The translations under genes were made by a program, and so were the position numbers. A stretch of 20,000 bases of DNA from Welwitschia mirabilis (taxonomy: Eukaryota), in contig JBOZIK010000001.1 of the NCBI GenBank assembly GCA_051453625.1, positions 47,794,643-47,814,642 of the forward strand, in the 5' to 3' direction. Shown piece after piece: positions 1 through 9,105 of the stretch. Under the pieces are notes generated by a model. It did not search any database. It was given only the letters and a program-made list of their open reading frames with translations, and was not told the DNA's origin. Numbering within the stretch: the first letter of the stretch is position 1; every line of letters starts with the position of its first letter.

Positions 1-103
1 CTATCAACTCCTTAAAAAACATTAGTGAGCTTTACTTTTATATAGCTAGCTTATCAACCCCTTCAAAAACTCACATTTAGTGAGCTTTACTTTTATATAG
101 CTA
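1..103. repeat. Imperfect two-copy tandem repeat, ~50-55 bp unit
   Basis: TTAGTGAGCTTTACTTTTATATAGCTA occurs at 22-48 and 77-103. The copies are preceded by TATCAACTCCTTAAAAAAC and TATCAACCCCTTCAAAAAC. The array may continue left of the window. Confidence 0.85.
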
Positions 104-334
104 TTATTTAGAACACTGATTACTTTTTAAAATTATGTTTCCCTATCCTTCTAATGTTTTTTTTTAATTTTTAATAAAAAACACTATGATTGAGTATTCC
201 TACATGTCAAGATATTTGAGACATTTTAGTTAGGTTGTTACATTGATTCATCCATTAGTTAAAATTTTAGTTGATTGTTGTGATACAATTTATCATGTTT
301 TCATAATGTAATTGATGATGTTTTACAGGGGATA

Positions 335-745
335 GGACATTAATTTAGTCATTTTCGGGATCTCTATTATGAAGTAATAGAATGACTTAATTGTGTTCTT
401 AAACACTTTTTTTTAGCTAATAATAGCATGATTTCAACCATGACATATTTGATCCAAAGTTAAAGGCAAAAACTCAACGAATTGACTATCATCCCATATG
501 TTTTCCCCATGATAATGGCCATGACACCACTTCAAAAGGGAATGGAGCTGCTGACATGGCAGTACTAAGATGCCAAGTAATTAGGGTTACTATTGTATTA
601 GATGTCATCCACATAACATAGGCCATGACACTTCGACTAAGATTCAAATTTTAATTTTAATGACATTCTAATGTGGTAGCCTGTGATTGGATATGAAGGC
701 GTGTCATGCTCTTGGTTGTTTCCATGACAATAATGAACATGACAA
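335..745. mobile_element. Possible decayed DNA-transposon (Mutator/MITE-type TIR) remnant
   Basis: Imperfect hairpin AATTTAGTCATT (342-353) / AATGACTTAATT (381-392) with inner CTATTA/TAATAG. Exact CCATGACA occurs at 438, 519, 623 and 722. No terminal TIR pair or TSD identified. Confidence 0.25.
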
Positions 746-2153
746 ACTAATAACTTCTTCCTAACTAAGTCAATTTTAGCCTAGTTTGTGCTTAATGATT
801 CTTCTTCACCTATACACAGGCACATGCTCTATGGAGACTTCACCTAGGGGATGGTTGGTCATAATTGAATTCTTGCCTACAGATCCTTTTCTTGTGATAG
901 TGGTTGCATCTTCCTCGCCATGAAGAACAGTTTCTCTAGATACTAAATCATTTTGAAAAAATATAATTAATAACTAAGTTTTGCTTTCCTACCTTATCAG
1001 AGAGTTTTGTCAGTCCCTTAACAAATAAAGCAAAAGAGGACTTTGTGATGCTACTTTAACTAGGAAAAGAAGATCTCAACATATATCATAATAAAAACAT
1101 TTTGTAAAATGCATGTCTAGGCATATTAGAAAATAAGATAGAAAATAATCATAAAAGTNNNNNNNNNNNNNNNNNNNNNNNNNNNNNNNNNNNNNNNNNN
1201 NNNNNNNNNNNNNNNNNNNNNNNNNNNNNNNNNNNNNNNNNNNNNNNNNNNNNNNNNNNNNNNNNNNNNNNNNNNNNNNNNNNNNNNNNNNNNNNNNNNN
1301 NNNNNNNNNNNNNNNNNNNNNNNNNNNNNNNNNNNNNNNNNNNNNNNNNNNNNNNNNNNNNNNNNNNNNNNNNNNNNNNNNNNNNNNNNNNNNNNNNNNN
1401 NNNNNNNNNNNNNNNNNNNNNNNNNNNNNNNNNNNNNNNNNNNNNNNNNNNNNNNNNNNNNNNNNNNNNNNNNNNNNNNNNNNNNNNNNNNNNNNNNNNN
1501 NNNNNNNNNNNNNNNNNNNNNNNNNNNNNNNNNNNNNNNNNNNNNNNNNNNNNNNNNNNNNNNNNNNNNNNNNNNNNNNNNNNNNNNNNNNNNNNNNNNN
1601 NNNNNNNNNNNNNNNNNNNNNNNNNNNNNNNNNNNNNNNNNNNNNNNNNNNNNNNNNNNNNNNNNNNNNNNNNNNNNNNNNNNNNNNNNNNNNNNNNNNN
1701 NNNNNNNNNNNNNNNNNNNNNNNNNNNNNNNNNNNNNNNNNNNNNNNNNNNNNNNNNNNNNNNNNNNNNNNNNNNNNNNNNNNNNNNNNNNNNNNNNNNN
1801 NNNNNNNNNNNNNNNNNNNNNNNNNNNNNNNNNNNNNNNNNNNNNNNNNNNNNNNNNNNNNNNNNNNNNNNNNNNNNNNNNNNNNNNNNNNNNNNNNNNN
1901 NNNNNNNNNNAGTGTACATAATGCTTACTTTTCATGGATCTTTTTCACATAATTTAGAAGTAGAAGTAGATGTAGTATGGGCCTTGGCCAATTTTACTTC
2001 TTTGATTACTTTCACCATCTTTCTCAGAAGTGGTCTATCACTGTCACTACTAGCTTCATCATCATAGATATTTTATTTTTGTTTGCCCTCTTAATGTTTT
2101 ATATGATTTAGTTCTCTTAATGATTATTCAAGGGTCTTCTTTTCTCTTGGTTT

Positions 2154-2791
2154 AGGCCATAATTGACTAAGTTCAACTAAATCATGCAAATGTTGTCATG
2201 CTTCATTGGTTGTGTGTTGAAATAAACTCCCTTCACAAGATAAATCCACCATTTGTTTTGTTGCACTAATTAGGCTATTATAGAAGTGGTAGATCAATTC
2301 TTCTTACTTGAATTCATCTATAGGATTGGTTAAAACTAGAATTAGGAATCTTTCTTATGAAGAAGCTTAATCTTCATTATCTTTTTGTTGAAAATTGGTC
2401 ACCTGATGATGTCTTTACCTAAGAATGTTTCGACTAATGAATTGTTTGAAAAAGCTTTCTTTGGTATCTTTCCAAGTTTTAAGGCTCTTATGGGGTAAGC
2501 TCTTAAGTGAATTTTTAGCTTTTCCACTTAACGTGTAGGGAAATACTATCATGTAATTCCTATACATTAGGGCTTCTTTCCATTAGATGTGAGCATCAAT
2601 TGTTCTATGACAACGATATGTTCATACGGATCCTCGTGAGTTTCTCCATAGAAAGAGGAATAAGCATTAAGATTTTTGATTTCTATGTCATCCCCAATAG
2701 GAAGCTCAAAAGGGTTATGGGTTTTTGTAAGTTTTGATTCATATTTGTCTTGAAGGATTGGTTGAACAATACCATTAGAATTTGAAGACAT
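2154..2791 (-). pseudogene. gag: Retrotransposon gag (Athila-type), with a frameshift and multiple stops
   Basis: ORF 2567-2791 gives FELP..SFYGETHEDPYEHI. Manual translation downstream gives VFPYTLSGKAKNSLKSLPHKSLKTWKDTKESFFKQF..VTNFQQKDNED*ASS*ERF..HFYNSLISATKQMVDLSCEGSLFQHTTNEA*QHLHDLVELSQLW. This follows the Athila gag pattern (LFPFSL.DKAK.WL.SLP..SI.TW; F.Q...E....AWERF; FYNGL....MVD...GG). Confidence 0.85.
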
Positions 2792-3521
2792 TGTGGGGTA
2801 TGGTAAATAGGGAGGGCTTTCACTTAAGCGTTTAATATCTAATGAATAATAAGTTGAAACTTATTTATCAAAAGAAATTAAGATAGGCCTAGAAGGACTT
2901 GTATATGAGGAGGTGGTTTTTATTTCAAGAGGATGTTTTGAAATTTTAGAAGATGGCTCAGTAGATAATGAAACACTTTTAAAACGCAAACTAAGATCTT
3001 CTATCAAATCGGATTCATCAATTTCAGATTTAATATAAAGTTGCTCACCTCTGGTCCTTGAGTTATAAATTTGAACACCTTGTTGAATTATCTTTTGCAA
3101 AAATTGCTTTTCACATTGATAACATATCTTTTTCCCTTTCTCTTTAGGATTTGATGGCATTACCTTGCTTGATCTAAAATAGAAATTAAACCTTTTAAGT
3201 AATCTTCAGGTTCACATTAAAGTGCAAGGAGTAGATCTAATGGCTAAGAGTGATGTTTATTCTTGGAATCTTCACTTAGAATCCAAGAAAAAGACACCAA
3301 AAGGCTTCTTGCTATGTGGTAACCAGATTGCATAAGGCATAATAAGGTACCTAACAAGGCTAATGTACTTCTTCAAGTGTGGTGTAGATCCAAAGAATAA
3401 TTACCACTCGAAGAGGGTACTTTGAATGAAAAGAGAATAGAGAGAGAAAACACAAGTTGTAATAAAAGAGGCACACAACACAAACAACAAGTCAAAACAA
3501 TGTGTTACCCTCTAAAGATGA

Positions 3522-4345
3522 ATAATCTTGCTTAGATAGGGGTATACCTTAGAGNNNNNNNNNNNNNNNNNNNNNNNNNNNNNNNNNNNNNNNNNNNNNN
3601 NNNNNNNNNNNNNNNNNNNNNNNNNNNNNNNNNNNNNNNNNNNNNNNNNNNNNNNNNNNNNNNNNNNNNNNNNNNNNNNNNNNNNNNNNNNNNNNNNNNN
3701 NNNNNNNNNNNNNNNNNNNNNNNNNNNNNNNNNNNNNNNNNNNNNNNNNNNNNNNNNNNNNNNNNNNNNNNNNNNNNNNNNNNNNNNNNNNNNNNNNNNN
3801 NNNNNNNNNNNNNNNNNNNNNNNNNNNNNNNNNNNNNNNNNNNNNNNNNNNNNNNNNNNNNNNNNNNNNNNNNNNNNNNNNNNNNNNNNNNNNNNNNNNN
3901 NNNNNNNNNNNNNNNNNNNNNNNNNNNNNNNNNNNNNNNNNNNNNNNNNNNNNNNNNNNNNNNNNNNNNNNNNNNNNNNNNNNNNNNNNNNNNNNNNNNN
4001 NNNNNNNNNNNNNNNNNNNNNNNNNNNNNNNNNNNNNNNNNNNNNNNNNNNNNNNNNNNNNNNNNNNNNNNNNNNNNNNNNNNNNNNNNNNNNNNNNNNN
4101 NNNNNNNNNNNNNNNNNNNNNNNNNNNNNNNNNNNNNNNNNNNNNNNNNNNNNNNNNNNNNNNNNNNNNNNNNNNNNNNNNNNNNNNNNNNNNNNNNNNN
4201 NNNNNNNNNNNNNNNNNNNNNNNNNNNNNNNNNNNNNNNNNNNNNNNNNNNNNNNNNNNNNNNNNNNNNNNNNNNNNNNNNNNNNNNNNNNNNNNNNNNN
4301 NNNNNNNNNNNNNNTTGGATAGAGGTAGTCCTTAGAGATAATCTT
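3522..4345. repeat. Probable ~33-bp tandem array mostly hidden in the 3555-4314 gap
   Basis: Left gap flank ATAATCTTGCTTAGATAGGGGTATACCTTAGAG and right flank TTGGATAGAGGTAGTCCTTAGAG-ATAATCTTACCTT are in-phase variants of one unit. Confidence 0.5.
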
Positions 4346-4510
4346 ACCTTTGATCAAAAGGTAAGTAGATCTCTTTAGATAATCCCCTCAACACAAGTAC
4401 ATTGAACCCATAGGTATTAGATATAAACCAAAAGCAAATAGATGAAATGATAGCATAAAGTTCAATCTACTTACTCTTGATTGATTACACTTGATAGCAT
4501 GTCTTGACAT

Positions 4511-4527
4511 TTCCCAACAATGACCCC
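4511..4527 (-). promoter_or_regulatory. Eroded primer-binding site (tRNA-Asp type, as used by Athila)
   Basis: Plus strand TTCCCAACAATGACCCC versus canonical TCCCCGGCAACGGCGCC: 11/17 identical, and 5 of 6 mismatches are C>T or G>A transitions. It lies upstream of gag in element orientation and next to TGTTGG at 4532. Confidence 0.45.
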
Positions 4528-5210
4528 TAGATGTTGGTGGCCTAGATTACACTTCAAAAGGAATCAATTCTATAAATGATCTGATTGCATTTAGGCTTAG
4601 TATAAGGTGATTCAACTAACAAATTTCATATACTTGAGAGAATAAGTTAACATACTAATCAAGCACATGATTTAGAAAGAATGATCTATTGCTAAATTTT
4701 TTCGCAATGTTAATTTATGATTTTGATTAATTGGAGTTTACCTGACACTCTCTTCTTAGTGTTAAAGTTGTTATAGCTAGATTTCGCAAAGTCAAATTAA
4801 AAATAGAATGCATTCATACGGCTCATTGCATATTAAACATAAAAGATCATCTTCTTATAAATTTGATTTAAATTAAGACGACGAGTTTATTAGATAGCAT
4901 GAAAAATTAATATGAACACATAATTCAACTAGAAAAAAGAGAATTAAAATTACAACAAACAATGCAATTTGAACAAAACCATAATTTATTGAATGAAACA
5001 AAGACATTACACTTTATTGATAAATCGACAAATATAAAAAGGCATATTAATATACTACTGGTGATTTGCTTAACTACAAAAGAGCAAACCTTAATGTGAC
5101 AAGCAGGACCTTATAAATTACAATGAAATGTATGTCTCTCAAAAGATGCAGACATCCAAGAAGTGCTAATAAAAAGAATTAGATAAAAAAAAAATAAAAA
5201 AGGGATGACA

Positions 5211-6046
5211 TGTTACCAGGACTTATCCCTGTGTTTCTTTCCCGCCGGTCTATTGTGTCTTCTGCCCTGTTATATCCTCCTTTCTGATGTCATTTCTTTG
5301 GCATTCATTACCATTTCTCCCTAATGCGCATTCATTTGCTGTTATCTGCTGGTGTTCCAGTGTTCTCTTTTTGTTGCCCTAATCTTCTGGCATTCTGGTG
5401 TTGTGCCGTCTGATGCGCGTTATCTGTCGTTCTGCCGTCTCTGTGATGGCGCCTCTCACTACCATCGTCAAGCATTGCTGATTGTCCATCCTCCTATTTT
5501 TAGCGCTCCTTGTCTGCTTCACCATTTTGGCGTTTTGCTACCTGTTCTTCCTCTGATCGTCTGTGATGTATGCTTTCCCCCGCGCATCACTTCTTTGGTG
5601 TGATCTGATGGGTGTGAGCATCGTCGCCTCCTTTATGCCATTGCTTTGGTGTTCCTCGTTGCCCTCTTGCTTTCTCTTTGATGATCCACCTTCTCCAGTT
5701 ACCCCTGTTTGTCCCCCGGTTCTCTGTCTCCTCCTGGCCTGTAATCAAATCGTAGCCTCTCTTTTTACCGTTTTTTGCTTATGTCTTTTTTATCCCTCCT
5801 TTCTTTCATTCCTGAACGCTCCTCCTCCTTTGAATTCCACTCTTCTTTCCCCTACCCTAAACGCGCCATCTATTTCGCCTCTAGATCTAGCTTTACTATG
5901 TGTTGCTCCTCTTTTCCCGTGTGGATCTTGTTTCTTTCAGGCTGTTTCTCTGTTCTGTGGTAAAGCTTCTTCTATGCTCTTGATCTGCTATGATCTCCAT
6001 TGATTCGCTCCCCCTTTGAACACTGGATTCCTTGCCTTAAGATAAC
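5211..6046 (-). mobile_element. CT-rich LTR, copy 1 (~837 bp; last base lost in gap)
   Basis: Starts TGTTA at 5211 and ends GATAAC at the gap. The sister copy ends TAACA, giving TGTTA/TAACA inverted termini. Extended direct similarity to 6693-7216. Confidence 0.7.
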
Positions 6047-6553
6047 NNNNNNNNNNNNNNNNNNNNNNNNNNNNNNNNNNNNNNNNNNNNNNNNNNNNNN
6101 NNNNNNNNNNNNNNNNNNNNNNNNNNNNNNNNNNNNNNNNNNNNNNNNNNNNNNNNNNNNNNNNNNNNNNNNNNNNNNNNNNNNNNNNNNNNNNNNNNNN
6201 NNNNNNNNNNNNNNNNNNNNNNNNNNNNNNNNNNNNNNNNNNNNNNNNNNNNNNNNNNNNNNNNNNNNNNNNNNNNNNNNNNNNNNNNNNNNNNNNNNNN
6301 NNNNNNNNNNNNNNNNNNNNNNNNNNNNNNNNNNNNNNNNNNNNNNNNNNNNNNNNNNNNNNNNNNNNNNNNNNNNNNNNNNNNNNNNNNNNNNNNNNNN
6401 NNNNNNNNNNNNNNNNNNNNNNNNNNNNNNNNNNNNNNNNNNNNNNNNNNNNNNNNNNNNNNNNNNNNNNNNNNNNNNNNNNNNNNNNNNNNNNNNNNNN
6501 NNNNNNNNNNNNNNNNNNNNNNNNNNNNNNNNNNNNNATTCTTCACCTTAACA

Positions 6554-6566
6554 ACCCCCCCCCCCC
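6554..6566 (-). promoter_or_regulatory. Polypurine tract (G12) abutting an LTR terminus at 6553
   Basis: Minus strand reads CAAGTTGGTTTT-G12-T-TGTTAAGG. Plus-strand 6538-6553 ATTCTTCACCTTAACA resembles the terminus ATTCCTCACCTTAAGATAACA ending at 7216. Confidence 0.65.
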
Positions 6567-6692
6567 AAAACCAACTTGAAGGGCGAGGATTATTCCTCTT
6601 GACAAAGCTTCATATTTGGCGATGTTCATGCAAAGGAAATTCAATTTGAAGGAGAACTGTAAACTCATTTTGTTGTTAAAAAAGAAAACCAC

Positions 6693-7216
6693 TCTTGCTA
6701 GTCTATCGTGTCTTCTACCCTGTTATATCCTCCTTTCTCATGTTGTTGATTTGGCATTCATTACCATTTCTCCCTAATGCGAGTTCATATGCTACTCTGG
6801 CATTCCTCATTGTCCTCTGCATTTCTTTGATGATCCGCCTTCCCGTTGCCCCTGTTTGCGCCCCACCCGTTCCCATCCTCCCTCCCCGGTCTGTATCTCC
6901 TCTTGGCCTGAAATCAAATTGTAGCCTCTCTTTTTACGCTTTTTTGCTTTTGTCTTTTTATCCCCCCTTTCTTTCATTCCTAACCTCTCCTTCCTTCTTT
7001 GAATGCTGCTCTTCTTTCCCCTACACTAAACATGCCATCTATTTTGCCTCTAGATCTAGCTTTACTATGTATTGATCCTCTTTTCCTGCGTGAATCTTGT
7101 TTCTTTCAGGCTATTTCTCTGTTCTGTGGTGAAGCTTCTTCTCTGTTGTTGATCTGCTATGATATCCATTGATTCGTTCCCCCTTTGACTGCCAGATTCC
7201 TCACCTTAAGATAACA
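6693..7216 (-). mobile_element. CT-rich LTR, copy 2 (internally deleted, lacks its inner terminus)
   Basis: Aligns to ~5240-5337 and ~5636-6046. About 300 bp of copy 1 and the TGTTA end are missing. Ends CCTTAAGATAACA at 7216. Confidence 0.7.
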
Positions 7217-7572
7217 TAATTGATGGAGTTTCTTAGCCATGTCAATAGGAATCTTATCCTAGAAGGTAGTTATGTTTAATCGTTCTTTCCATAAATCTGC
7301 CTTCTCTGTATTCAAAGGAGCGTCAATGCATCCTTTCATGTCTTCAATAATTTAATGAAGAGCAAAATTCCATTTGCTTTGGCGGTGGCTTGAGCAAAAG
7401 TAAGAACCATCTCTGCTATGCGGAGATGATGCACGGATTGAGCTGGGCCTTTGTTGATTTTAGCATTCTTGTTAAACAAAAAGAAAATCACAGCAGAAAA
7501 CAGAGAGACGGCAAAAGCAAAAACACAAATCAAAATTTAAATGATGGAGTAAACCATGCATAAAATTAAAAG

Positions 7573-8796
7573 CTTGCGTGTTATGCGTCAAATGGATTTG
7601 CAGAAGAAGCACTAAAGCTTTTTTTTTTTTCTTTTTTGGGAAAATGCATCGTCATGCGTTGATTCTGAGCAGAGTCAATTTTGCAAGCATTCTGGGTTGC
7701 TACTATGATTTTGCATTGGGTCAACAAATTTATGTTGTGTGCATAAAGATGTCACTTCATCTGGATGCCTTTGTGGTAAGTGTTGCAGTCAATACATTTG
7801 CAAAGTCCCAAAGAATGGATCTTGCATGCACCTATTTCAAACAGGTTGAAAATCGAGATCTGGGTCTGTGAACCGCCCTGATATCCGAGTATATTTTGTG
7901 TGGAAAGGTGGATAAGGCCCTGCAAATTCTCAAAGGATTTCAAATTCACTATAGCAAGTTGGAACCAACTGAGCGTGGGTAGCATTTTGAATGTTTGTTC
8001 TTTTTCTGGGTCTTTGAATTTGGGTTCTCAGCTTCACAGTAATCTAATAAAAAGGGGTTTTGACTTAGATCTTCTTGTTAGGAGTGCATTTCTTCATATG
8101 TACTACAAATTTAAAAACATAGGGAAGGCTTATAAATTGTTTAGCATTGATGGACAAACCACATGCGGTTCCATGGAATATAATGATTTCTGGGTATGCC
8201 CAGAATGGACTCTCTGAGGATGCCATTAGACTGTTTATGAAAATGCTGAACAATGGGTCTAGACCTGATGAAGACACTTTTTTGGAGGTATGAAGTGATT
8301 GCTCTTCTTTGGTAGTATTAGGATTAGGCCATGCTTTACATGCTTTGGTCTTGAAAAGTGGTTTAGAATGTGATTTAGTTGTAAATAATTCCCTCATTAA
8401 CATGTATGTTAAGAGGGGGGGCATAGAAGATGCACACAGAGTTTTTGAGACCATCTCGGACAAAGATGTCGTTTCATGGACAACAATTTATTCAGATCTG
8501 GCTTACAATGGCAAAGGCTGGGAGGCCATCAGATTGTACCAGCAAATGGAGAAATCTCATATTAGCCCTAACAGTGTTACCTTTTTTAGCGTTTTGATAG
8601 CATGTAGCCACATAGATTTAGTTCATGAAGGGCTTAAGTACTTTAATGCAATGATATAGCATTGCAATATCTAACTAGACTTGGAGCATTATGCCTGCAT
8701 GCTTGATCTTCTTGGATGCGCTGGTCAGATGCTGTTATCTGGAAAACATTGCTTGCAACCTGCATGATCCATGGGAATGCCAATTTAGGAAGATAT
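7573..8796 (+). pseudogene. PLS-class pentatricopeptide repeat (PPR) pseudogene, 5' segment (P/L/S motifs to mid-E1), 5'-truncated
   Basis: Motifs ACYASNGFAEEALKLF..GKM; DLGL*TALISEYILCGKVDKAL; SVGSILNVCSFSGSLNLGSQLHSNLIKRG; WNIMISGYAQNGLSEDAIRLFMKM..PDEDTF; NSLINMYVKRGGIEDAHRVF..DVVSWT; PNSVTFFSVLIACSH; EHYACMLDLLGCAG; DAVIWKTLLATCMIHGNANLGRY. Stops at 7869, 8291, 8657 and 8672; frameshifts near 7620-7637, 7965, 8150 and 8727. Confidence 0.93.
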
Positions 8797-9097
8797 TGTA
8801 AGGCAAAAACAGAGAAAGTAATATACTAGAGTGTATAGAGAGAAATAAGAAGCTAGAGAATATGGAAACTTTATTTCCCTTGAATAATTGAAACACTAAG
8901 CTAAACATAGGTTAAATAGAGCTACCTGCTAACAGACTCCTGAAAATACTCTGACCACTAACAAAGAAATCCTATCTTTTGGAAAACTGAACTAACAGAA
9001 ATATCAAAACAGAAACATGAATTTAGGAACTACACTGGCAACAAAATAGGAACAAAATTAACAATAATGAGACTGGTAATTGCACTAATGTTTAACA
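8797..9097 (-). repeat. 3' LTR of the copia element
   Basis: TGTAAGG...TTTAACA. About 19 substitutions and 2 single-base indels versus 13768-14068 (manual count, ~93% identity). Confidence 0.97.
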
Positions 9098-9105
9098 CTC
9101 CCCTT
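9098..9105 (-). promoter_or_regulatory. Copia polypurine tract
   Basis: Minus strand AAGGGGAG immediately before the TG of the 3' LTR. Confidence 0.85.

Larger units (their letters stand above)
1911..5210 (-). mobile_element. Degenerate Ty3/gypsy (Athila-like) LTR retrotransposon 5' half: probable LTR, PBS, 5'UTR, gag
   Basis: gag homology at 2154-2791, an eroded tRNA-Asp-type PBS at 4511-4527 and a TG dinucleotide at 4532 consistent with an LTR boundary. Outer limits are uncertain: the left side is a gap and the right side abuts another LTR at 5211. Confidence 0.65.

Noticed and set aside
5352..7075. Hydrophobic Leu/Ser/Pro/Phe-rich plus-strand ORFs resembling membrane proteins
   Set aside because: They arise from CT-rich LTR sequence that is poor in stop codons. 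Several overlapping frames are open and the frames are not conserved between the two LTR copies.
5206..7221. Target-site duplication around the CT-rich LTR pair
   Set aside because: Flanks TGACA and TAATT do not match.
7752..8463. Minus-strand ORFs 7752-7985 and 8065-8463
   Set aside because: Antisense shadows of the PPR pseudogene.
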